DNA of 64,000 nucleotides from the NCBI GenBank assembly GCA_027923505.1, contig BROI01000001.1:1984001-2048000 (forward strand). The letters run 5' to 3'. The translations under genes were made by a program, and so were the position numbers. The notes beneath the pieces were generated by a model. That model saw nothing but the letters and a program-made list of their open reading frames with translations. It did not search any database and was not told where the DNA came from. The stretch is from Mayamaea pseudoterrestris. Its lineage: Eukaryota. Positions 43,912-55,800 of this stretch are shown one piece after another (positions within the stretch are counted from its first letter, which is position 1; every line of letters begins with the position of its first letter).

Positions 43912-45515
43912 TCACAACGCCGTCGGCCCAACAAACTCGCGCAGTACCTTGGGAGATGTGCTTTCAAACAAAATATCGTGCAGGAATCGCTCAAGCAAAA
44001 ACACCTTGAGACTCAAGTAGCCTGCATCGAGGCACCTGTACCAACGCTTGCGCTTTTGCAGCAGGCGCCAACTCATAATCGCATTTGGCAAATGCTCCGT
44101 CTCTGGTTCCTCCGTCACCGCCAGTGGAGACATGTTTGACACAAGAGCCTTGCATCCTTCGTGCGCAAACGTAATCCTTCGAGCTAGCTCCTCAAAGTCA
44201 CGGTACCGCTTCCACACTCCAATGGTATCTTGAATCGAACCTTCGCGGTAAATTACCAAAAATTGCGCATACTTGCCATGATGCGGCGATTCTACCACGC
44301 GATAAGACGCAATGGAAACGTTAACAGTGTCAACGCACTGCTGCTGTCCAATGAATCGAACAAAGCTTTTGGACACCGTCGTTCCAAACACATTGTCACC
44401 CCGCACCAAAATAATCAAATCGCCCTCACTTCCATGCACGCGTCGATTAATCACCTCCGAAATCTCGTGCGAGTCTTGATTCATGCGCGACACCAGTGCC
44501 GCTTCGGCAACCTCGCCATCCTCGGCGGCCGAGTGGTGCCGCTTGCTACTCGTTCCACTCGCTAACAATCCACTGTAATGCTCCAAGTCCGCAGTATTTC
44601 CTTGCGAAAAGTTTCCATCCGTCCACGGACTTAACGAAATGGGTGAGACTGCCGTCAATACTTCCGATGGCATGGCGTAGTCGACCTGGGAGCGGTAAAA
44701 GTTTTGCGCCCACATTTTTTCGTAAAAGGCGCGCTCCTCAATGGGCTGAGGCGGGCGCTGACCGGCGGTGCGCTTCCACAAGTGCTGGCTGGAGAGGGAT
44801 TCCTCCAACACGTAGGTTGGAGCAGTGACGGCCATGGCAGCGGCAGAGTCTGTGTAGAATCAAAAGTAAAAGTTTGAATGAGAACAGATCAAAGCGGAAC
44901 TGGTCTCGCAAGATTTGCACGCGCACAACACATACCTTCCGGATTCAAGTCTCGCATCATCATTAATTGTCCCACATCCGAGTCGGTATCAATGCTGCAT
45001 TCATCTCCTCGCTGATGCTTGCGCTTGCTTGCTTTATAGTGACTACTACTGCCTCCTTGTTGATGAACATCCTCGAACCAGCCCCAGTCGCGTGAACTGT
45101 TCTGCGAGCTCATGGCCCGCTGCGAAAGCTCCTCCGAATCGGCGCGACGAATGTGGCGATGCGGAAAAGCGTCGTTGTTATGCGTCGAGTTGTCTGTCAT
45201 TGTTTGGTTATTGTCGTCTTTGCCATCAGCATCATTGCCTTGACGAATATCAAGCTCATGGTCATCCTCCGAAAGTGTCGAGCCGGACATGGCCGAGCTG
45301 TTGGAGCGACTGTGAATCAGAGTCATTGGCGCATTCAGATTCGTCTGCAAATTGGAGACCTCCGACGTATCTATAATGACAATATTGCCGTCAAAGTCAG
45401 TGTCGTCGTCCGCTTCATCAAGTTGTTGCCGCATGTTCGTGTCAAAGTTGTTGCTGCCTTCGTCGTCCATATTGTCAGGATTGGAAATGACGCGTCGGAG
45501 GATGCCGCCAAACAT
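43912..45515 (-). CDS. PX-domain protein, intron 44850-44935, ~505 aa
   Basis: A GTATGT donor and CACAG acceptor join NPE|DSAAAMAVTAP in frame. C-terminal PX motifs VWKRYRDFEELA, LERFLHDIL and LREFV. Confidence 0.82.
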
Positions 45516-46321
45516 TGCTCAACGACTTGCCTATCTACTATATTACAGATACGACCAATAGACTACACGAATGATTGAAACAATGCAGTCCTTGGCTGGC
45601 TGTAAAACGAGGCCTTCCCCTCGAAATCCGCAGCAAGCTGCTTTTGTTTTCGGTGGTGCGGCGACGTGACGCGCCATGGATCATCGACGCGCGCCAAAGT
45701 GACGTGGCGAATCGTTAGAAACCAGTGCGACATGAAGCGTGACTGGAAACGATGGAATCCTTCTCGAAGGTGAACCGTGCGTAACTTCACGTTTGTACCA
45801 TGGAGATGAATGGATGCACCATCACCATGGCTTCATTTGCGTGAAGTGGGGGTTGGTTTGTTATTTGGTTGGGGGGGGGTCGCCTGTTCAAAATGCAGGG
45901 TCAGGCATCAACACTTGGAATGAATGTCGACGCAGCTCTTCGCACGGAACCACAAGTGGTTTCCAGCTTCTCGCGGAGTCTGACCGTGCTATTGCTTGTC
46001 ATCACAGGTGATGTTGATTTCTGATTTGAGTTTATCAAAACAGAAGGCTGTTCAATATATAGAGATTCTATAAAAGTACAGTCATGGTTGATCAACATGA
46101 GGTGAAGATGCCGATAGTGAGGCGATGGAGTTCTTGATTGGAGGTGCAGCATGTCTAGGGTCAAGACCATTTCGTTCGTCTCGCCGAAACCTTCCTCGAA
46201 GGTCGAATGAGCAAACATCCAATACGAGGACTTGCTGCTTCCAATCATTCTGCAATCAAGCAAAGCCATAAAGATTGTCACCATAAATTACCATTGCTCA
46301 CACGATCTTTTAAGCTTGAAC

Positions 46322-47314
46322 ATGTTCAACACCCGCCCAACAGTCCGCAATCGAAGACCCGTTAACGCGACGCATCATGCGGGTGCAGCAGCTAATCAGC
46401 GACCACTACCATCAGCGTTTGGACGAACCCATCCGACTCCAACGACGAAACCAAGCAACATGACGTTACAGCAAAAGCTAATCTACATGGCTGGAACGAT
46501 TGCCACCTTTGCCGTTTTTTACCTGACTCCAGCATCGGAGATTGTCACCAACGAACTCCTCCTTCCCATGGTACCACTCGCATCCGACTACGAAATGGGT
46601 CGACAAGCCTTGCAGGAGCTGCCGTACGACAATGTGTATCGATCCTCCTGGGCGCCAATGCTCAAAACGGTCAGTAACGACTTGATCAAATCATTCCAAG
46701 CCAACAACGACAAGCACAAGTCCTACGTTTGGGACGTTGCCATTGTGCGATCCGATGCCATCAACGCCTTTGCCCTGCCGGGTGGCGTCATTCGCGTCAC
46801 CGACACGTTGCTCAACGCCATTAAGCCCACCAAGGGTGAATTGGCCGCACTCGTCGGACACGAAATGGGTCACGTCATTCACCGCCATTCGCAGGCGCGC
46901 GTGCTGCAGTCCAAGGTGGTGTCGTGGATCATTCAAGCGTTCGTGTACGACGACAAGGACGACGATCAGGAAACCTTTGGCCAAGCCTTGGGCGAGCTGC
47001 TCGCCAAGTCGGCGGCCTGGCTCGGGCAGCAAAAGTTTTCGCGCCGCGACGAGTATCAAGCTGATGCCATGAGTTGGGAGTTGCTCATGTTGAGTGGCAA
47101 GTATGGCTACAATCCACAGTCGCTGCATTCGTTGCTGGATAAGCTGTGGAAGATGGAAAAGGGACAATCGGGAAGTAAGGATCAGGTCACGAGTACTTTG
47201 GAGAATTGGAGTCGCACTCATCCGGCGACCAAGGATCGGATTGACGCGTTGGACGAAAAGTGGAAGGCGCTGCCGACGAACGAGCGACGGCAACTTGGTA
47301 GGAATCCAGTTTAG
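46322..47314 (+). CDS. M48-family zinc metallopeptidase (Oma1/YfgC-like)
   Basis: NAFALPGG, ELAALVGHEMGH (HExxH), FSRRDEYQAD and RTHPATKDRI; one N-terminal TM; first ATG at 46322. Confidence 0.92.
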   Translation: MFNTRPTVRNRRPVNATHHAGAAANQRPLPSAFGRTHPTPTTKPSNMTLQQKLIYMAGTIATFAVFYLTPASEIVTNELLLPMVPLASDYEMGRQALQELPYDNVYRSSWAPMLKTVSNDLIKSFQANNDKHKSYVWDVAIVRSDAINAFALPGGVIRVTDTLLNAIKPTKGELAALVGHEMGHVIHRHSQARVLQSKVVSWIIQAFVYDDKDDDQETFGQALGELLAKSAAWLGQQKFSRRDEYQADAMSWELLMLSGKYGYNPQSLHSLLDKLWKMEKGQSGSKDQVTSTLENWSRTHPATKDRIDALDEKWKALPTNERRQLGRNPV

Positions 47315-47386
47315 ATTCGTAGACTAAACAAAAGAGCGCTAAGACTAACAATATGAAATTCTATTAGTGTGCATTTCTCCATGCCA

Positions 47387-48418
47387 TTACTCACTTGCTA
47401 AGCTTAGCTGAGCCGCATCGTCAGCAAGCGCTGCAATTTCCAGTTGATCTGGCTTGGCACACTGGCCAGGCGACGACACACTGTCCTGTATCAGTTTCAG
47501 CATGCCTCGTCCAAGCGCTTGTCCAATATGAAAAAAGGTATCTGCTCTCCCATTGTAGTGGAATGGTTGATTGAACGTTTCCTCGCCAAACACCATGTAT
47601 TCGGCCGTCTTGACGAAGATGGTATTCCCCCGAAACTCTTTCTGCTGCGTCACGTCGTATTGATGCTTGCGAAAGGCCAAGACGCGCGGCGTCCATCGCT
47701 TGGACGGATCCATGAGCTCCGATGGTCCATGTTGACCCAGTTCGCCAATGACAAACGGCAGCGACGGAACATGTAAATCGTGGCGCACGTCGCGCACCAA
47801 ATTGGCAAGGTTTGTTTCGTACTCGTTCACCGTTGGCCACGTGAGCATGTCGTTCCAGCCTTGGAACCAAACAAAGCCGTCCAGCTGGTATCCAACAGTG
47901 TCCGTGTAGTTTGGAATGATGCTGGCAAGATTCGCCAATGTATCTCTTACTTCCTGAATCATTTTTCGATAGAATAGTCCAACTTGACCCTCCTCGGGTT
48001 GCTGATGCTTGTCTAGAGGCGGCATTCCAGACGACGGCGGTCGAAAGTCGACGGATAGACTCTTGCCTCCCCAAGCCGTCTTGATGAGTAAAATGATTGG
48101 TGATTCATGATCATCATTGTCGGCATCATCAAACGCATCGGCAATCGTCCAGCCAAACATGAGCTCTGGTCCAAAGCAATTCTTGGCGGCATAGCCAGGA
48201 GCTACAGTCAGCTTGCCGACTGTTTCTTCATTCTTGATGTAAACATTGTCTCGCACCCAAAAGGAGTTGGTGTTTTCGTTCCACAAGTTGGTGCGATACT
48301 CGTTGGGAGTTGTTGTACCATGCTCCTTGTTGTCAATGAGCTGGTGCAAGTGCTTGACAGAACCCATGCCCACCATGTTGGACTGGCCGGCTAGAATGTA
48401 GATTTTGATTGGTGCCAT
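47387..48418 (-). CDS. Sialate O-acetylesterase-like SGNH hydrolase (SASA/DUF303)
   Basis: YILAGQSNMVG, FGPELMFG, LIKTAWGGKSL..DFRPPS, FVWFQGWND, LPFVIGEL and FHYNG; ATG at 48418. Confidence 0.88.
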   Translation of the reverse strand: MAPIKIYILAGQSNMVGMGSVKHLHQLIDNKEHGTTTPNEYRTNLWNENTNSFWVRDNVYIKNEETVGKLTVAPGYAAKNCFGPELMFGWTIADAFDDADNDDHESPIILLIKTAWGGKSLSVDFRPPSSGMPPLDKHQQPEEGQVGLFYRKMIQEVRDTLANLASIIPNYTDTVGYQLDGFVWFQGWNDMLTWPTVNEYETNLANLVRDVRHDLHVPSLPFVIGELGQHGPSELMDPSKRWTPRVLAFRKHQYDVTQQKEFRGNTIFVKTAEYMVFGEETFNQPFHYNGRADTFFHIGQALGRGMLKLIQDSVSSPGQCAKPDQLEIAALADDAAQLSLASE

Positions 48419-48669
48419 ATTGTTGCGAGTGCTTGTCGTTATTAGCAAGCGGATGGAATAACCATGTTCAATGAAGCAAGAGCAAGATGCCTTTCGCTTT
48501 TCTTTTCGAACAAGGCGTGACACGAATCTTTTAGTACCGGTAAGACGAGTCGATCCGGTACACAGCGTCCGTCATTCGTCCGTTCAAGGCGGCAACCTCA
48601 CATCACGATGAATCCAAACGTTCATTCGTTCGCAGCAAACAACAAACAAAGCGAAACTTACTATTAACC

Positions 48670-49395
48670 ATGCCGCCCCGACCAAACGAAGATGAAGTCG
48701 AAGACGAGGAGGAGGCCGATGTTGCGGCCATGCTTGATCTAGGCAAGAAGAAGAAGAAAAAGAAGAAGAAGGAATCGGATACAGCAGGAACATCTGCAGA
48801 CGGCACCAAAGCATCATCAACCACCAGCGCCACTGACTCTTCGGGACAGCGCTTGCTACTGGAGCAGCAGGATAAGGAGCAGGAACTCTTGGACGGACCA
48901 GCGGCTGACTACACTTACGAAGACTTGCTGGATCGCGTCGCCGCCTTGCTGCAAGCCAATAATCCCGACTTGGTGGAAAAGAAGCGCACGCGCATCAAGC
49001 CTCCCCAGCTCCAGTTGCTGAGCAGTAAAAAGACGTTGTGGATCAACTTTCAGGAAATTTGTACCATGATGCAGCGAGACTCGCAGCACGTGTTTGCCTT
49101 TTTCATGGCGGAACTTGGAACGGAAGGTAGCTTGGATGGTAACCAGCGTCTCATCATTCGCGGCAAGTACGTGGCCAAGTACATTGAGTCGCTGCTACGT
49201 AAATATGTGGTCGAGTATGTGACTTGCGAAATGTGTCGGTCGCCGAATACGGATCTAGTCAAGGATCAAGGCAGTCGATTGTACTTTTGCAACTGCCGCG
49301 ACTGTGGTTCCTCGCGCAGTGTGGCGCCGATTCGCAGTGGATACCATGCGACCAGTCGGGCGGATCGGCGGGCGGCGCGAAACGCAAAGGGATAG
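48670..49395 (+). CDS. EIF2S2: Eukaryotic translation initiation factor 2 beta subunit
   Basis: Poly-Lys box, YTYEDLLDR, KKTLWINF, FFMAELGTEGSLDG, and the zinc ribbon EYVTCEMCRSPNT...CRDCGSSRSV. Confidence 0.95.
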   Translation: MPPRPNEDEVEDEEEADVAAMLDLGKKKKKKKKKESDTAGTSADGTKASSTTSATDSSGQRLLLEQQDKEQELLDGPAADYTYEDLLDRVAALLQANNPDLVEKKRTRIKPPQLQLLSSKKTLWINFQEICTMMQRDSQHVFAFFMAELGTEGSLDGNQRLIIRGKYVAKYIESLLRKYVVEYVTCEMCRSPNTDLVKDQGSRLYFCNCRDCGSSRSVAPIRSGYHATSRADRRAARNAKG

Positions 49396-49514
49396 TTGGT
49401 TTATTGACATTGATGACCTTAAGTTGTTGACAGAGTTTCCTTTTACGTACTTGCTAATTTGACTTTCGTTTTCGTACAGTAGTTCGCTTATACGACACTA
49501 GTACGATCATTAGT

Positions 49515-49533
49515 GGTAGGATATATCCGGACA
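49515..49533. repeat. 19-bp direct repeat GGTAGGATATATCCGGACA, left copy
   Basis: Identical copy at 59833-59851; contains the palindromes GGATATATCC and TCCGGA. Confidence 0.85.
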
Positions 49534-49892
49534 GCACTGCCGGACATGCTTCACGACATTGATTGGAAGGGCTGCCACTGCACGAGTCTATGACTTTGCA
49601 CACTGTCTTTGACAAAATGACCGTGTCGTTCTGAGACATCACCAACCTTTTACACTCGAGTGAAGCAGTTACTGTACATAGCTATGGAAAGAATTGACTC
49701 AATACTACGTGTCCTTTTATTGAATTTGTAGTTTTTTCCTGACTCAGACCATGCAGCAAGATTCCACAGCTTAGATTGATGGTAACTGGCTATGAAGGAC
49801 CCCAAAGTGCTCGGTGGTGTGGTTATTGCCTACTGTTGGAGTAGCAGTTGTGTTAGCGAGTGCGAAGCGAGGAATGACCTTTGTACCTACAC

Positions 49893-52800
49893 GTGGCAAT
49901 GGCTAAAAAGACAATCACATCCATAGTTTGATTGGTTCAGATTTATAGACTGTGCTGTTGTTCTATTTGGCCCATCTACTCCCACAGCTTTCCCAAAACT
50001 TGAGCTTGCCAGGTTTGTTTGGGTTTGTTGGCCTCATTGATACTTTGGCTGAAGGTGGCAATGTTTGTAATTGACAGAGATGCCCAGCGGACCTGGTGGT
50101 GTGGTGTGGCGACGTATGGGATACTTAGCTATGTGGAAGCAAGCATATTTATTACCCAAACTTGAAGGATTTGCATGACCACCAAGGTTGCAGAGGTTGA
50201 TTGACCTTACCAAAAGCATAATGATAGGTGAGAATGCTTCAAATGATGCTGATAGTCAAAGTTCTGTGGTTGCTGCCGCTGCCGCTGCGGGACATACAGT
50301 CGCACAGAATACAGCGTATCTACTCCTGTTTTGCCAGGAAAACATGAGTTGTCCAACATTGTAAGTGTTATGAGTACCTCATGTATACCTTGTCTAAAGG
50401 TGGCAATGGCTAAAAAGACAATCACATCCATAGTTTGATTGGTTCAGATTTATAGACTGTGCTGTTTTTCTATTTGGCCCATCTACTCCCACAGCTTTCC
50501 CAAAACTTGAGCTTCCCAGGTTTGTTTGGGTTTGTTGGCCTCATTGATACTTTGGCTGAAGGTGGCAATGTTTGTAATTGATGGGGATGCCCAGCGGACC
50601 TGGTGGTGTGGTGTGGCGACGTACGGGATACTTAGCTATGTGGAAGCAAGCATGTCTATTCCACAAACTTGATGGATTTGCATGACCACCAAGGTTGCAG
50701 AGGTTGATTGACCTTACCAAAAGCATAATGAAAGGTGGGAATGCTTTGAATGATGGGGATCACCAAAGTTCTGTGGGTGCTGCCGCTGCTGCTGCTGCGT
50801 GACATACAGTCGCACGGAATACAGCGTATCTACTCCTGTTTTGCCAGGAAAACATGAGTTGTCCAACATTGTAAGTGCTATAAGTTCCTCATGTATACCT
50901 TGTCTAAAGGTGGCAATGGCTAAAAAGACAATCACATCCATAGTTTGATTGGTTTGGATTTATAGACTGTGCTGTTGTTCTATTTGGCCCATCTACTCCC
51001 ACAGCTTTCCCAAAACTTGAGCTTGCCAGGTTTGTTTGGGTTTGTTGGCCTCATTGATACTTTGGCTGAAGGTGGCAATGTTTGTAATTGATGGGGATGC
51101 CCAGCGGACCTGGTGGTGTGGTGTGGCGACGTACGGGATACTTAGCTATGTGGAAGCAAGCATATCTACTCCCAAAACTTGTAGGATTTGCATGACCACC
51201 AAGGTTGCAGAGGTTGATTGACCTTACCAAAAGCATAATGATAGGTGGGAATGCTTCAAATGATGGGGATCACCAAAGTTCTGTGGGTGCTGCCGCTGCT
51301 GCTGCTGCGTGACATACAGTCGCACGGAATACAGCGTATCTACTCCTGTTTTGCCAGGAAAACATGAGTTGTCCAACATTGTAAGTGCTATAAGTTCCTC
51401 ATGTATACCTTGTCTAAAGGTGGCAATGGCTAAAAAGACAATCACATCCATAGTTTGATTGGTTCGGATTTATAGACTGTGCTGTTGTCTCTATTTGGCC
51501 CATCTACTCCCACAGCTTTCCCAAAACTTGAGCTTGCCAGGTTTGTTTGGGTTTGTTGGCCTCATTGATACTTTGGCTGAAGGTGGCAATGTTTGTAATT
51601 GATGGGGATGCCCAGCGGACCTGGTGGTGTGGTGTGGCGACGTACGGGATACTTAGCTATGTGGAAGCAAGCATATCTATTCCCAAAACTTGTAGGATTT
51701 GCATGACCACCAAGGTTGCAGAGGTTGATTGACCTTACCAAAAGCATAATGAAAGGTGGGAGTGCTTCAAATGATGGGGATCACCAAAGTTCTGTGGGTG
51801 CTGCCGCTGCTGCTGCGTGACATACAGTCGCATGGAATACAGCGTATCTACTCCTGTTTTGCCAGGAAAACATGAGTTGTCCAACATTGTAAGTGCTATA
51901 AGTTCCTCATGTATACCTTGTCTAAAGGTGGCAATGGCTAAAAAGACAATCACATTCATAGTTTGATTGGTTTGGATTTATAGACTGTGCTGTTGTTCTA
52001 TTTAGCGGCCCATCTACTCCCACAGCTTTCCCAAAACTTGAGCTTGCCAGGTTTGTTTGGGTTTGTTGGCCTCATTGATACTTTGGCTGAAGGTGGCAAT
52101 GTTTGTAATTGATGGGGATGCCCAGCGGACCTGGTGGTGTGGTGTGGCGACGTACGGGATACTTAGCTATGTGGAAGCAAGCATATCTACTCCCAAAACT
52201 TGTAGGATTTGCATGACCACCAAGGTTGCAGAGGTTGATTGACCTTACCAAAAGCATAATGATAGGTGGGAATGCTTCAAATGATGGGGATCACCAAAGT
52301 TCTGTGGGTGCTGCCGCTGCTGCTGCGTGACATACAGTCGCACGGAATACAGCGTATCTACTCCTGTTTTGCCAGGAAAACATGAGTTGTCCAACATTGT
52401 AAGTGCTATAAGTTCCTCATGTATACCTTGTCTAAAGGTGGCAATGGCTAAAAAGGCAATCACATCCATAGTTTGATTGGTTCGGATTTATAGACTGTGC
52501 TGTTGTTCTATTTTTGATCTTACCAAAAGCATAATGATAGGTGAGAATGCTTCAAATGATGCTGATAGTCAAAGTTCTGTGGTTGCTGCCGCTGCCGCTG
52601 CGGGACATACAGTCGCACAGAATACAGCGTATCTACTCCTGTTTTGCCAGGAAAACATGAGTTGTCCAACATTGTAAGTGTTATGAGTACCTCATGTATA
52701 CCTTGTCTAAAGGTGGCAATGGCTAAAAAGACAATCACATCCATAGTTTGATTGGTTCAGATTTATAGACTGTGCTGTTTTTCTATTTGGCCCATCTACT

Positions 52801-55800
52801 CCCACAGCTTTCCCAAAACTTGAGCTTCCCAGGTTTGTTTGGGTTTGTTGGCCTCATTGATACTTTGGCTGAAGGTGGCAATGTTTGTAATTGATGGGGA
52901 TGCCCAGCGGACCTGGTGGTGTGGTGTGGCGACGTACGGGATACTTAGCTATGTGGAAGCAAGCATGTCTATTCCACAAACTTGATGGATTTGCATGACC
53001 ACCAAGGTTGCAGAGGTTGATTGACCTTACCAAAAGCATAATGAAAGGTGGGAATGCTTTGAATGATGGGGATCACCAAAGTTCTGTGGGTGCTGCCGCT
53101 GCTGCTGCTGCGTGACATACAGTCGCACGGAATACAGCGTATCTACTCCTGTTTTGCCAGGAAAACATGAGTTGTCCAACATTGTAAGTGCTATAAGTTC
53201 CTCATGTATACCTTGTCTAAAGGTGGCAATGGCTAAAAAGACAATCACATCCATAGTTTGATTGGTTTGGATTTATAGACTGTGCTGTTGTTCTATTTGG
53301 CCCATCTACTCCCACAGCTTTCCCAAAACTTGAGCTTGCCAGGTTTGTTTGGGTTTGTTGGCCTCATTGATACTTTGGCTGAAGGTGGCAATGTTTGTAA
53401 TTGATGGGGATGCCCAGCGGACCTGGTGGTGTGGTGTGGCGACGTACGGGATACTTAGCTATGTGGAAGCAAGCATATCTACTCCCAAAACTTGTAGGAT
53501 TTGCATGACCACCAAGGTTGCAGAGGTTGATTGACCTTACCAAAAGCATAATGATAGGTGGGAATGCTTCAAATGATGGGGATCACCAAAGTTCTGTGGG
53601 TGCTGCCGCTGCTGCTGCTGCGTGACATACAGTCGCACGGAATACAGCGTATCTACTCCTGTTTTGCCAGGAAAACATGAGTTGTCCAACATTGTAAGTG
53701 CTATAAGTTCCTCATGTATACCTTGTCTAAAGGTGGCAATGGCTAAAAAGACAATCACATCCATAGTTTGATTGGTTCGGATTTATAGACTGTGCTGTTG
53801 TCTCTATTTGGCCCATCTACTCCCACAGCTTTCCCAAAACTTGAGCTTGCCAGGTTTGTTTGGGTTTGTTGGCCTCATTGATACTTTGGCTGAAGGTGGC
53901 AATGTTTGTAATTGATGGGGATGCCCAGCGGACCTGGTGGTGTGGTGTGGCGACGTACGGGATACTTAGCTATGTGGAAGCAAGCATATCTATTCCCAAA
54001 ACTTGTAGGATTTGCATGACCACCAAGGTTGCAGAGGTTGATTGACCTTACCAAAAGCATAATGAAAGGTGGGAGTGCTTCAAATGATGGGGATCACCAA
54101 AGTTCTGTGGGTGCTGCCGCTGCTGCTGCGTGACATACAGTCGCATGGAATACAGCGTATCTACTCCTGTTTTGCCAGGAAAACATGAGTTGTCCAACAT
54201 TGTAAGTGCTATAAGTTCCTCATGTATACCTTGTCTAAAGGTGGCAATGGCTAAAAAGACAATCACATTCATAGTTTGATTGGTTTGGATTTATAGACTG
54301 TGCTGTTGTTCTATTTAGCGGCCCATCTACTCCCACAGCTTTCCCAAAACTTGAGCTTGCCAGGTTTGTTTGGGTTTGTTGGCCTCATTGATACTTTGGC
54401 TGAAGGTGGCAATGTTTGTAATTGATGGGGATGCCCAGCGGACCTGGTGGTGTGGTGTGGCGACGTACGGGATACTTAGCTATGTGGAAGCAAGCATATC
54501 TACTCCCAAAACTTGTAGGATTTGCATGACCACCAAGGTTGCAGAGGTTGATTGACCTTACCAAAAGCATAATGATAGGTGGGAATGCTTCAAATGATGG
54601 GGATCACCAAAGTTCTGTGGGTGCTGCCGCTGCTGCTGCGTGACATACAGTCGCACGGAATACAGCGTATCTACTCCTGTTTTGCCAGGAAAACATGAGT
54701 TGTCCAACATTGTAAGTGCTATAAGTTCCTCATGTATACCTTGTCTAAAGGTGGCAATGGCTAAAAAGGCAATCACATCCATAGTTTGATTGGTTCGGAT
54801 TTATAGACTGTGCTGTTGTTCTATTTGGCCCATCTACTCCCACAGCTTTCCCAAAACTTGAGCTTGCCAGGTTTGTTTGGGTTTGTTGGCCTCATTGATA
54901 CTTTGGCTGAAGGTGGCAATGTTTGTAATTGATGGGGATGCCCAGCGGACCTGGTGGTGTGGTGTGGCGACGTATGGGATACTTAGCTATGTGGAAGCAA
55001 GCATATTTATTACCCAAACTTGAAGGATTTGCATGACCACCAAGGTTGCAGAGGTTGATTGACCTTACCAAAAGCATAATGATAGGTGGGAATGCTTCAA
55101 ATGATGGGGATCACCAAAGTTCTGTGGGTGCTGCCGCTGCTGCTGCGTGACATACAGTCGCACGGAATACAGCGTATCTACTCCTGTTTTGCCAGGAAAA
55201 CATGAGTTGTCCAACATTGTAAGTGTTATGAGTACCTCATGTATACCTTGTCTAAAGGTGGCAATGGCTAAAAAGACAATCACATCCATAGTTTGATTGG
55301 TTTGGATTTATAGACTGTGCTGTTGTTCTATTTAGTGGCCCATCTACTCCCACAGCTTTCCCAAAACTTGAGCTTGCCAGGTTTGTTTGGGTTTGTTGGC
55401 CTCATTGATACTTTGGCTGAAGGTGGCAATGTTTGTAATTGATGGGGATGCCCAGCGGACCTGGTGGTGTAGTGTGGCGATGTATGGGATACTTAGCTAT
55501 GTGGAAGCAAGCATATCTATTCCCAAAACTTGTAGGATTTGCATGACCACCAAGGTTGCAGAGGTTGATTGACCTTACCAAAAGCATAATGATAGGTGGG
55601 AATGCTTCAAATGATGGGGATCACCAAAGTTCTGTGGGTGCTGCCGCTGCTGCTGCTGCGTGACATACAGTCGCACGGAATACAGCGTATCTACTCCTGT
55701 TTTGCCAGGAAAACATGAGTTGTCCAACATTGTAAGTGCTATAAGTTCCTCATGTATACCTTGTCTAAAGGTGGCAATGGCTAAAAAGGCAATCACATCC

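Noticed and set aside
4732..45515. Split ORFs (PP2C, acyl-CoA synthetase, EamA, VWA8, zinc-finger protein, PX protein) as frameshifted pseudogenes
   Set aside because: Each break is bridged in frame by a canonical 74-103 bp GT-AG intron that restores the reading frame.
45901..46284. 127-aa minus-strand ORF next to a G-run (~45871-45879)
   Set aside because: No recognisable homology; it could be a gene remnant, but I cannot support that from the sequence alone.
353..47293. Long antisense or overlapping ORFs (e.g. 353-1012, 33535-34155, 37304-37972, 41945-42367, 46691-47293)
   Set aside because: They are shadows of well-supported genes on the opposite strand, have no motifs, and are expected at about 50% GC.
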